DNA from: Paraspadella gotoi
Lineage: Eukaryota > Animalia > Chaetognatha
NCBI GenBank assembly: GCA_051294375.1
Contig: JBJCIZ010000327.1
Coordinates: forward strand, 1-16,581
Length of the DNA: 16,581 nucleotides
Direction of reading: 5' to 3'
Every line of letters starts with the position of its first letter. The first letter of the stretch is position 1. The translations under genes were made by a program, and so were the position numbers. The notes beneath the pieces were generated by a model that did no database searches, was not told the DNA's origin, and was given only the letters and a program-made list of their open reading frames with translations. Of the stretch, positions 1 to 10,817 are shown piece by piece.

Positions 1-471
1 ATAAAGCTTCAGGTAACTTTTTTATAAATAAAGTTATAATTTTTATTTAATTTTAAATGTATTATTAATTATTAAAAAAATCTGATAAAAATATAATATT
101 AATAATAATATAAGTATAAATAGTATAAATAATAATTATAAAGGGTAAAAATAGTTGAAGATAACTTTTTTAAAAAATATTTATATATANNNNNNNNNNN
201 NNNNNNNNNNNNNNNNNNNNNNNNNNNNNNNNNNNNNNNNNNNNNNNNNNNNNNNNNNNNNNNNNNNNNNNNNNNNNNNNNNNNNNNNNNNNNNNNNNNN
301 NNNNNNNNNNNNNNNNNNNNNNNNNNNNNNNNNNNNNNNNNNNNNNNNNNNNNNNNNNNNNATGTTGAGTTTTAGTTTATATAATAATATATATTTTTTT
401 TATAATAATATAAATTTATAATTAATAATTTTATTATTATTTTATTTTAAAGTAAAAAATGAATTGTTTTT
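1..471 (+). repeat. R1 partial copy a (AT-rich part; homologous to ~2631-3047 and ~7680-8091)
   Basis: Opens with taaagcttcaggtaactttt..ataaataaagttataat, matching 7681 onward. After the N gap, gttgagttttagtttatataataatat matches 7961 and 15558. Homology ends at aaaaatgaattgttttt (~471). Confidence 0.9.
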
Positions 472-870
472 TAGAGAGAGTTAAAGTTATTAATAAACAG
501 ACTTATTGTTTTGTTTATTTATAAAAATTTAAAAAAAATAAAATTGTCCGCCAAATGATGATGATGATAATTTTTAAGGTTTTCTATTTTAACCAAATTT
601 ATTGTCAAAATTTGAAAAAAGTATAGTACTAAACTTCATTTAACTTCTTAAGCTCTACAGCAGAACCCTGTTAAAATTCTCGTGTGTTACAAGTTCCCAA
701 AAAATCGTTGATCTTTTTTTGCCAAAGAACGTTTACTATATAATCAAGTGAAGAAACTACCTTGTGGAAAGAAAGTAGATAGATATATTTAGTAGTCTCT
801 CAGCTTTAGACGGAGCGTGAAGTCAGGTTTGTGTTTAAATGTTTCTTTTTTAACTTAATTTAAATTGTAT

Positions 871-3800
871 ATATTAAAGATAGGAAGAAAAAAACATTCG
901 TTTCGGGCCGAGGGGATAAAGAATTCCGCAGTTTGCCATATGCTTTAATGTTGGTCAGGCCCGTTTTCCCAATCAAGAAAACCAAATAAAATATCATAAA
1001 GATGTTATATGAGCGAATAAGGCGGGGCGTACCACTTGGGAAGGCCGTGCGGACGCGTGGAAGCAATCTTAAAATTCGGTAACATCTGATAATGTTACCG
1101 GTAGACCTCAACAAGTGGGAACTGGTTTACGCGAGTTGAGATTATGATAACTGGACTTACTAGTCAGTTCTCCTAGACTAATACTAAATACATGAGGTAT
1201 AGGTTCAACAGCAGATAGTACTCTTGTCTTATCTGAGACAGGGTATCATACATTTTTTTTAAAATTTTACGCAAGCCTTGCTTGTTTAATTAACAAATCC
1301 AAATTAACTGGTTTTTTCGGGACTTTATTTCCACTATCAGCCGCCTTAACTATTTCTATTGTAAACTGACCGAGAGATCCTAATTTGTGCGTTGTCATTC
1401 ATGTTCCCGTGGATGCAATCGTGGCGCAATTCGTAGTTGTGTTAAATCGAAAATACGATTAAGATCCTGCGACTTTGTTCGCCGCGTCTGGGATTCTTCT
1501 TACGGCACCTGAACGCGCATAACTTACGTACCGGGGAGCAGGAACCAAACCGAAAGACGCCATGAGGCAACTTCGTCGAGCCAGCCGGCGTTCACCGAAT
1601 GCAGAGTTTTTCGTATCTTTTAATAAACAATTATCCGGGCCCGATCTCATTTATAAAATTTGTTAAACAAAGAATGTATAATGAAAAGATAGATTTACGT
1701 TAAAGTATATGACAACGAACATTTGTGCTATTTATTAAAAAATATTGGAGATTCGTGCTAAGAGTATCCAGAAAAAAAGATCTTCGTTAAGAAGCTTCCG
1801 GCTTTTGTTAGTCACGACTAAGTTACAAACAGATTATGAGCGAGAATCTTCAACTGTGCCCAAAAGTTAAGCAGGCTCGTATATACGAGAGTGACTATAA
1901 ATATTGTACGTGGTTCTTCGACCCATCAACTTTTAAATAGTTGAAGTATCTCGCTAGTTATTGCATGGAACTGTCGATCGCAAAAAGAAAGTTAGGCAAA
2001 ATCATGTTTGTTAATCTCTATGAATTCATGGCCTACCTAACAAAGAAAGTGTGAAGCGTGTTAATTTTATTTTTAAACTACTTAGACGACCTCTTAGTGG
2101 ACACTTGTATTGTGCCGACTGCCATTTAGACGCTGTACGAGTTATGAAAACGTTCATCTTCTACCGAATGATGGGAAAAGAAAAAATCTTGTCACGCTGT
2201 TTACTTTCTAGTTTATAGGCAATTTTATTTTTTTATTTTGTAAGTATAAAGATTCAAAAATAAAATTTAAAATATTAAAAAATTCTTGGTTTTAAAAATG
2301 AGTTATAAAAAGCTTATCTCATTAATTATACAATAGAGCAAAAATACCAAAGGTAGTGCGAAAAAAAAATGCAGTTGTACTTAATTTTTCTTTTATTTTT
2401 ATATTTATACTTTTTATTAAATATTAATTTTTGTTATTTATATATTTTTTAAGTTAAACCATTATTATGGTACCATACTATTATATTTATAGCAAATATG
2501 TTATTTTATATATTTTATTAGGTTAGATTCAAGAGATAAATTAAATTCCATATATAGCAAAAAAAATATAAAAATATATTAATATTATAACAATATTAAC
2601 ATATTTACTTTTAATTGTAAAAATCATCAATACAAGCTTTAGCTAACCTTTTCTTATAAATCGAAGGTTATAATTTTTATTTTAATTTTAAATATAATTA
2701 TGAAATATTAAAACAATCTGATAAAAATATAATATTAATATATATGAGTAGTTCTGTTTTAATATAAAGGGTAAAAATAGTTGTACAGAACTACTTTTTA
2801 AAAAATATTTAATATAATCAGAGATAATCTAAGATATTTATAATTCAATAAACGTGTAATTAACCTTAGGGTATTGATATCTTTGGTAAAATTTATTTAA
2901 ATTGTTTTCTTGAATGTGTAGTTGCGCGCTAGTTTATATAGGAGGAAGAATAGATGATTTCTTTTTATAAAAAGAGTATGAATTTATAAGGAGAATTTGT
3001 AATTACTTATTTGTTATTATTAAGTAAACAAATGAAATGCTGTTTTTATATGATAGTGTTTGTTACAAAAATATAACGTTTTAGTTTTATAAATATTTTT
3101 ATGCAGATAAATCAATAGAAATTTATTGTAAAAATAAAATAACTTTTTACAATTTATATTTCTCTTACAACATTAAAATTCTATAAAAAATATTTATGCT
3201 CATAATCTAAATTCTATTTTACGGCGCATAAGCTCTATAATAATTAATAGCAAGAAAATAGATAAGTTTTTTAACCTAAAGACTACATGGTATTATAAAC
3301 AGAACTAGATTTATTTTCTATTTAATTCGAGNNNNNNNNNNNNNNNNNNNNNNNNNAATAATTTATTTTTTATTTTAACCAAATAACGTAATAAAAAAAA
3401 AGTTAATAATTGATTTAAAAATAGTTATTAAACTTATTTACTGGTTAAAAAATATATTTGACAATGAAATTAACTTTTCACAACGGTGACAATTTTTTTT
3501 TCCATCATGGTACTTTCAGGATCGTCTGCCTCTGTTCATCTGCGATTCATGGATTTAGTAATTAAATTGAGACTTATAAATATTTGATTTTTCTTACTTT
3601 ACGTTACTTTTAGTATAACTGTCTTACTGTATATGATTTAAAGTGCTCATGTTTGATTTTTAGGTTTTTATTCTCTTTTTATGCTTCTTGGTTTCTTGAT
3701 TACATTTTACACGATGCTTTGGACTGCAATCGTCTCCAACGTATATTCCTTGGCCTACTTTGATCTTCATGATTGGTTTGTGTTTACATACTGATTATTN

Positions 3801-4003
3801 NNNNNNNNNNNNNNNNNNNNNNNNNNNNNNNNNNNNNNNNNTTTAGAATTTGCTCTAACCACGACGACGCCGAATCTCGTCTCTGGAAACGACGGCGTTT
3901 TTTCTTCGCTTCTCCGACGCCGCNNNNNNNNNNGGACCCGCCGGTCCGTCCCTCCAGAAACTGCTCCCGAGAATCTTTGATTCGAGGAACTTCTATTGGC
4001 GAG
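871..4003 (+). repeat. R1 copy b (~3.1 kb, collinear with ~5902-8998)
   Basis: Shared anchors throughout: agaaaaccaaataaaatatca (~976/6008), gcaatcgtggcgcaat (~1415/6457), ctgaacgcgcat (1509/6549), ttagtcacgac (~1808/6843), ggcctacctaa (2031/7079), gcgattcatggatt (3542/8561), acgacgacgccgaatctcgtctctggaaacgacggcg (3861/8845). Differences are mostly short indels. Boundaries are approximate. Confidence 0.92.
3934..3980 (-). mobile_element. Terminal fragment of the TGTTAGGAC element, matching the reverse complement of its right end (9293-9337)
   Basis: ggacccgccggtccgtccctccagaaa..cccgagaatctttga is the reverse complement of 9293-9337. It is preceded by 10 Ns, exactly the length of tttcctgtta seen at the same position in copies c and d. 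Confidence 0.8.
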
Positions 4004-4011
4004 CCAGCCGC

Positions 4012-4115
4012 AAAATTTAAGGGAAAAAGGAGCGATAAATTTAAGGGGAAATATTGAGGCGACAATTTAGAGGGGAAAAAAGGCAAAAATTTTAAGGGGA
4101 AAAGGCAGCGAGAAT
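4012..4115 (+). repeat. Degenerate ~25-27 bp minisatellite, about 4 units (consensus close to aaatttaaggggaaaaaggcagcga)
   Basis: Units: aaaatttaagggaaaaaggagcgat / aaatttaaggggaaatattgaggcgac / aatttagaggggaaaaaaggc / aaaaattttaaggggaaaaggcagcgag. Confidence 0.8.
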
Positions 4116-4877
4116 TTTGGCAGGTAACAGCAGAAGTGAAAAAACTAGAAAGAAAAGGATTTTTTTGAAGATGCTGAAAAATTGTGATAAAAAGTAAACC
4201 TGAAAAAGCCATAAAAAAACGCTGGTTGCAAAAAGAAGTGTTTTGCCAAAATTTATTTTTTTTATTTTATTTTCATTTTTTATTTTAGGCTAGACTTCTT
4301 TCTTTATTTTCATATCACTATTTTTCGTTATCTTCGTGCTGTAGAGTAAATAATTAGAGTACGTAAGTAGTGCCTAGCAAAAATACTAGGAAGAAGTGTA
4401 GCCGTAAATATTATACAGAAGTGTAGTGAAAATAAAGAAAAACATGAAAGAACAAGTAAGCGCTGAAGAAAAATCGAAAACGAGTTGAAAGAAGTTTGAT
4501 TCGATTGATAGCGCTCAGATGTAGAACGAGGTGAGCGGCTTTGGTCAGTTGTAATACAAAACAATTTTTATAAAAAAAAGACACTTAAAACAGAGTTATT
4601 GTAATAATGACAAGTCGTTTCAATGCAAGGCGAACTATATACTGGTCGTATTTGTATATATGATACGTTGTATTACTGCGTTTACAATCGGCCGTTTCAG
4701 TCAGTTTTTTTCTGCTCTTTTTCATTTTAAACTTAAACGCTCTGATGACTCATTTGTTTCCAAAACTCTTTTATCGATTATCGCTTATCAAAAAAGAAAT
4801 TGTCGGTGACTTTTAAATTATTTAAAATGCAAGACAATTAAAATTATATCCCTCGTTTCATTATCACAAAAAAATAA

Positions 4878-5160
4878 ATGCTTTTTTATTTTTTTTTTTT
4901 TTTAAATATTTTCGGTTATCTTCTTTTTTGTAAAAATAAAAGAGAACAACGATGCAACATCAGCCAACAACATGTTTCAGAGAAGTTTCCTTCTTTCTCC
5001 TTTTTTTTCTTTTTTTCTTTCTCATTTTTTCTGTACGGGCAGAAAATAAAGACACATTCCTGTCTGAAATTTTTTCTTTCTTTTTTCTTTTTGTCCTTCA
5101 TAATTCTTCACTTGAATGGATTTTTTTCTTTTCAAACATTTTCATCATTTATAAACTCAA
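4878..5160 (+). repeat. Low-complexity T/CT-rich tracts
   Basis: Poly-T and (T)nC runs such as ttctttctccttttttttcttttttctttctc. These explain the overlapping Phe-rich and Lys-rich ORFs in the ORF track. Confidence 0.7.
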
Positions 5161-5901
5161 CATCTTCGTGACGACGGACGACGACTATACAACGACGTAC
5201 GAAATCGAGAAATTCGACGCAATCAAAACCTTTTTTTGGTCTGGTCAATGAGCGCATCTGGTGCTTCTTTCTTTCTCGTCAATGATGCCGATTGGTGATG
5301 GGGTTTATTATTTACGCGCCATTTTTTCAGGTAGGCGCTTTTTATTTTACTTGCTGCGCCTTTCATTACCTAGCGCTTTTCTTTATCTCCACATTGATTT
5401 TCTTATCGGCGATATTATATCATTTACGAATTTTGTTACCGTATCTTTGCACCTGCTTACTATTTTACAAATCTCTTTTGATATTTATTTGCACACTTTT
5501 GGTTAATCAACCACTGCTTTTATTGTCTCATCATGTTTTTGACATACATTATTTTCTTTAAACATTTGTTGCCGCCCCAAATAGCTATCTGTTGCCCTGT
5601 TTTTATAGCACATCTGGGCACCTTTTTTCAAGCGTGAGCCGCTTTTTATTATCTTAGCACCTTTTGTTTTCTTTCACTGATCGCATCAATGTTATCTTCG
5701 CATGCTGAAAAAGAAGTTAAAACTCTTCAATCTTGGCATCATCTTAACAATAACAAGGTCAATTACATCAAAAAATATCACAATTTATATAATTTAACGA
5801 CTAGTTAAAACCAAGTTATTAACAAAACTCTTTACTTTAAACTAAACTCAAAAGAAGTGCTGTGCCATGAGCAAGTAGGCTGACGATTCAAGACGCAGTG
5901 C

Positions 5902-8900
5902 ATTAATAAAGTAGAGAAAAACATTTCGGTTTCGGTGCGATGCGGGGATTCAAGCATTTCCGTAGTTTTTATTGCTTTTTTTTTGGTCAGGGCCCAGTTT
6001 TTCCATCAGAAAACCAAATAAAATATCAAAAAGTGGTGGTTATATACGGGAAAGGCGGCGGGACGTCTTGGAAGCCCGTGCCGGTGGCAGCAATTTTTAA
6101 AAATTCGGTCATACTTGATATGTTGGACGGGTTAGACCCAAAATGTGGACTGGTTTTACGTCAGTTTAGATTTATGTAACTTTGGATTTACTCGTTCTTC
6201 TAGACTTATACTATAATACGATGGGTTATGGGTTACACAGTCAGATAGACCTCTGTGTCTGTATCTTTAGACAGGGTATCTTATTTTTTTTTGTAAATTG
6301 TTACCAAGCTTGCTGTTTTAATTTAACAATCATATTTAACTGGTTTTTTTCGGCTTTATATTTTCCACGTATCGCCGTTCCTTAAACTATTTCTTTTTTA
6401 AACTGATCCGAGAAGAGTCAATTTTGTGGTGTTGTTCATTTGTGTTCTCACTGTGAGCAAATCGTGGCGCAATCGTTGTGTTTTTAAATGAAATACGATT
6501 AAAGTCCTCGCACTTTTTGCTTCGCTCTGGCGATTCTTTATACGCGCCCTGAACGCGCATTAACTTACGCTTACCGCAAGCAACCAAAACCGAAAGCGCA
6601 TGGCACTTCGTCGAGCCATGAGCCGCTCGGTTCCGAATTCAGAGGGTTTTGTTTTATAAACATTATTCCCGTCCCGATTTTTTAAATGTTGACTTTTAAC
6701 GAAAACATTATAATGGAACCAAGATAGATTGTACCGCTTAAATTATATGAGCGGAGTTTTGTGGCTATTTTAAAAATATTTTGGAGATTTCTGTTAAAAA
6801 ATATCAGAAAAAAAGATTTTCAGTAGAAACTTCGGCTTTTTTTTAGTCACGACGTAAGTTACGAAACAGTTTGCGAGAATCTTCAAACTTTTGCCCCAAA
6901 AAGTAACAGGCTTCGTAATGACGAGTCACGTATTTCGAACTATTGTTAAGTTCTTCGAACTATGTTTGTACTAATATTAATATTGCTTGTTAATTGTTTA
7001 TGGCAACCTGTCCGATTACAAAAAAAAAGTTTTTTATGCAATAAAAAATTTTGTTAATCTCGTCATGATTTAAGATTAGGCCTACCTAAAAGAAAGTTGG
7101 TAAGTTGTAATTTTTTTAGCTTAGCGACTCTTAGGTGGAAATTGTTATTGCAGACTGCCATTTTGTAGGACCGGCTGTTTCACGGTTATGACGTTCTAAG
7201 TACCATGATGGAAGAACAAATGTATTGTCGTACGGTTACTCTAGTTTTTTATAGCATTTCCGAATATAAAAATCAAAAAATAAAATTTTAAATATAAGAA
7301 ATTTTGGTTTTTATATGCATGTTCATAAATAGCTGGTCGTATCTGCATTTTATATCGAAAAAATTATATTATTAATAAAAGAATACCAAAGTTTTATGCA
7401 AAAAAAAAGTTGGCTTTTAAATTTTTTTTTTTAATTTTTTCTATATTGGTATTACTTTTGTATTTATATATAATTTAGTTATTTTCATATTGATTTTTAA
7501 ATTAAACCATTATTATACCAATTACTATTATTATTTATATCAAATTTGTTATTTTATTTATTTTTTATTTAGGTTAGATTACAAAGATAAAATTTAAATT
7601 TAGGTAATAAAGAATTAAATTTAAAAATATGATTAATATATAAAATTATTAAAATGATTTATTTAATTGTAAAATATCAATAAAAGCTTCAGGTAACTTT
7701 TTATAAATAAAGTTATAATCTTATTTAATATTTAAATGTATTATTAATTATAAAAAAATCTGATTAAAAATTAAATATTAATAATCAATATAAGTAATCT
7801 TTTAATTATAAAGCGGTTTTAAAAAATATGTTAAGATAACTTTTTTAAAAGAATATTATATTATTATTAAATAAGTTAAGTAATTTTGATTATTCAATAA
7901 CTGTAATTATACCTTAGCGTATTTGATCTTCATTAATTATTTAATTGTTTATTGTAATAGGTTGAGTTTTTAGTTTATATAATAATATTATATTATTTTG
8001 TTTAATTAATTAATATTAGATGTTTTATGGTGATAATAATAATTTGTTAGATTATTATTTGTATTTTTATAATTAAAAAATGAATTGTTTTTATATATAT
8101 GTTTTGTTAAAAAAATAAATGTTTAGTTTAATCCGGACGGTTGCGCATGTTGTTAATAATTAAATTGTTTATTAGCCTGTAAGGGTTCAATTAAAATTAT
8201 ATTTTGGCCTGAAAATAAACTATTTTACAATGAATTATTTTTTCTCTTCAAACTTTAAAATCTATAAAAAATATTTATTATATTTAACTAATTCGTTTTT
8301 TACGCAGGTATAGCCTTATATTAAAGCAAAAATATATTTTTTAATAAAACTAATTGTATATAAACAAATTAATTTATTTTTTATTTTAACCAAATAACGT
8401 AATTAAAAAAAAAGTTTAACGTATACATTGATTTAAAATAGTTATTAACTTATTTACTGGTTAAAAAATATTTTTGAAATGAAATATAACTTTTCACAAC
8501 TTGTACAATTTTTTTTTCATCATCGGTATTTCAAGGATCGTCTGCCTCTGCTTTTCATCTGCGATTCATGGATTGTTATTATTGACTTTTTATATTTGGT
8601 TTTCTTACTTTTACGTTTACTTTTAGTATATGTCTTACTTATGATTTATGCCTCATTTTGTTTTAGTTTTATTTCTTTTTGCTTCTTGGTTTTTGATTAC
8701 TTTTACACGATCTTTGGACTCAATCGTCTCCCGTATTTTCTTGCCTATTTGATTTCATGATTGGTTTGTTTCATAGTGATTATTACTTTTATTAATTAGT
8801 AGTAGTATTTATTGACTGTTTAAATTTAGAATTTGCTTCTAACCACGACGACGCCGAATCTCGTCTCTGGAAACGACGGCGTTTTTTCTTCGCTTTCTCC

Positions 8901-8998
8901 GACGCCGCGCTTTCCTGTTAGGACTTTCTCAGGCGCAACCGCTTCTCGGATTCGTGTTCTCGGAGGAACCTTCTAAGGCAGAGCATTGGCGCGGCCGT
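5902..8998 (+). repeat. R1 copy c (gap-free copy; runs into the TGTTAGGAC element)
   Basis: Collinear with 871-4003 at an offset of ~5.0 kb, using the same anchors as copy b. Confidence 0.92.
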
Positions 8999-9342
8999 CG
9001 AGTGGATCGACGATGAATATCAACAGTTTATCTTCTTAATCTTTGAGTTTCTGAAGAATTCTTAAAAAGGGTACCTTAATAAAATAATTCAAAGCATATA
9101 TATAGATATTCAAACAGTACACAAAATAATATCAAAAATCATCATGTTTAAATAAAATGATTTTTGATATTATTTTGTGTACTGTTTGAATATCTATTAT
9201 GCTTTGATTATTTTATTAAGGTACCCTTTTTAAGAATTCTTCAGAAACTCAAAGATTAAGAGATAAACTGTTTGATATCATCGTCGATCCACTCAAAGAT
9301 TCTCGGGGCTTTTCTGGAGGGACGGACCGGCGGGTCCTAACA
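8916..9342. mobile_element. 427 bp non-autonomous element with TGT...ACA termini, 9 bp terminal inverted repeats and a 4 bp target-site duplication (Ginger-like MITE or solo-LTR-like)
   Basis: Structure: ttcc (8912-8915) | TGTTAGGAC (8916-8924) ... GTCCTAACA (9334-9342) | ttcc (9343-9346). The AT-rich palindromic core interrupts GC-rich flanks, and there is no ORF. Family assignment is inferred only from the termini and TSD length, which are typical of retroviral-type DDE integrases. Confidence 0.75.
9000..9294. repeat. Long inverted repeat/fold-back: arms 9000-9142 and 9157-9294, 14 nt loop
   Basis: gagtggatcgacgatg...aaaaagggtaccttaataaaataa...atcaaaaatcat is mirrored by atgatttttgat...ttattttattaaggtacccttttt...catcgtcgatccactc. 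The arms differ by a few small indels. Loop sequence is catgtttaaataaa. Confidence 0.97.
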
Positions 9343-9778
9343 TTCCAGCTTTTCAGTCAATCTCCGTCGTATACTTTTTTTTGGGCGCCGCCTCCTTCGC
9401 TATCTTGGCGTTCCATTATTTCGCGCCGCTGCCATCGCTCATCCTAGGACTTAAGGGCGCGACTCGTTCTCCCGCCGAGGAAGACTTTATCGGTACGCGT
9501 TGACGGCATCGGGCTCGCTCGTGCCGCCGCCGCGCGACCGCCTTCCAAAGACCACAGCTTCTCTACCGCCACCAAGCCACTCTTCCCTGTCTTGCTCGCT
9601 CGCCCTGATTCGCGGCAGGACGGACTTGGCGCTGCAGTCAGTTTTGCAATAACAACAGAGGGAATCCGTTTACCGAATCATCCACTCAAGGACACGTGAG
9701 CGAGACGTGATGGGACTCAGTGGCGAGACGGGCACCGAGGTAGGCCTTGCTGGGGGGTCTAGGGGGGCAATATAGTGC

Positions 9779-10428
9779 ATGGTCTACATCTATTTATCTA
9801 AATATTTATATATTCTGGAAGAGTATTTGTGGAAAAGGTAAGTTAAAGAGACATAAGAAATAATTGATTAAGCGACTTGTAATGAGCGGGATTCGAGAGT
9901 ATTTTACAGAAGATTATTGGCCAATGAAGGTATAACAATGACCTTAGAGCATTATTGAGGGAAAGGATAATAATAAACTTGGTCAAGTGTACAAAGAGAG
10001 AGAGAGGGAGGACATTTCACATCAATATCTTCGGCCAAAGTAATTGGCCTCGCTGGGCTAGGTGATAGCNNNNNNNNNNNNNNNNNNNNNNNNNGTGAAG
10101 GGTCCTCCACAAAGTTTTAATTATCAATTATTTTTATTCTGACTTTTATAACTCATTTTTGCTGGGAATAGTTTTTATATTGCAGTGATCATAACGTTTC
10201 GTCCGTGGATTATACAATTTAAACCTTATAGATTAACTTTTTTGGCATGATATATAAAGGGCATTATTTTTGGCAACAACCAAGAGGTAATACCTCGCGG
10301 CCTTTCAGTCACAAGAGATCTTCCTATTACAAAAATTACAAGTTTCTTCCTTAGTTTGATATTGAAAAGTGTATCAGACCATTTAGCGAACTAATAAAAA
10401 TAAAAATTTGTTAAAATTTTCACCAAAG
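9779..10428 (+). CDS. Possible fragmented exons of a multi-exon gene with very short introns (product unknown)
   Basis: Short plausible peptides (MSGIREYFTEDYWPMK | SIIEGKDNNKLGQVYKEREREDISHQYLRP; GMIYKGHYFWQQPR | VTRDLPITKITSFFL) join in frame when 18-22 nt GT..AG segments are removed. Other junctions need error correction, and there is an N gap. Confidence 0.25.
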
Positions 10429-10552
10429 GTATGCTTAAGGACAGCTATCTTTTGTACGGTCTCATAAGAATTATTTTTAATGTATTTTGATTTGACAATT
10501 GTATAATTATTTATTTGCTTAAAGTTTTACTTTCATCAAATACTTATCAACA

Positions 10553-10698
10553 TTTTACTTTCACCAACCGGGGTTTTGTCTTTTGAAAAAACACTTAAAA
10601 ATATTTATTTTTTAAAAAAATTAATATTATTACCTAATTACCCTAACCCTAAACCACCCTTAACCCTAAACCCCCCAAACCCGGTCGGCGAAAGTAAA
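10553..10698. mobile_element. ~146 bp MITE-like element bounded by ~24 bp imperfect inverted repeats, with internal CCCTAA-like repeats
   Basis: ttttactttcaccaaccggggttttg (10553-10578) versus caaacccggtcggcgaaagtaaa (10676-10698), with internal ccctaaccctaaaccacccttaaccctaaac. No TSD identified. Confidence 0.55.
10633..10682 (+). repeat. Degenerate interstitial telomere-like (CCCTAA/CCCTAAA)n tract
   Basis: cctaattaccctaaccctaaaccacccttaaccctaaaccccccaaaccc. Confidence 0.7.
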
Positions 10699-10817
10699 TA
10701 CCTCAATTCTAAATGGATAATTGCAAATTAGTTTTAGAAATTTTTTTACAGAAACTATTGAAAAACATACTAAAAAATATTTCGGTATGTTTATCTAAAA
10801 TATCTATTGGTTTTCAG

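Noticed and set aside
465-481. Second adapter remnant (ttgttttttagagagagt) at the end of R1 copy a; also the GA run at ~9993-10010
   Set aside because: The position of the first is suggestive, but the matches are short and low-complexity, so they are not called.
3440-3560. FYVE-like hint on the minus strand of R1 (NP*IADEQADD…CHRCEKLISLSN)
   Set aside because: The position equivalent to Trp is TGA in all three copies, the spacing is too long, the frame depends on which copy is used, and the diagnostic R(R/K)HHCR motif is absent.
4012-4115. CRISPR array
   Set aside because: Units abut with no unique spacers, are degenerate, and there are no cas genes.
4878-5561. Overlapping Phe/Leu-rich and Lys-rich ORFs
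   Set aside because: Explained by poly-T/CT low complexity. They overlap in several frames and show no recognisable motif.
8131-8212. Copy-c-specific insertion relative to copy b
   Set aside because: No terminal repeats or TSD. It looks like a local low-quality read patch.
7250-8470. RIP-mutated fungal transposon or organellar DNA as the origin of the extreme AT tract
   Set aside because: No transposase/RT remnants or organellar genes recognised, and the copies differ by indels rather than directional C-to-T changes. RIP indices were not computed.
8479-8760. 93 aa hydrophobic ORF
   Set aside because: Not preserved as an equivalent ORF in copy b. T-rich composition accounts for it.
9000-9294. 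Hairpin as a missed-adapter read fold-back
   Set aside because: The loop has no adapter-like sequence, symmetry stops after ~140 bp, and the hairpin is enclosed by TIRs and a TSD. Not fully excluded without raw reads.
10633-10682. True telomere
   Set aside because: Only a few degenerate units, internal to the window and enclosed by inverted repeats.
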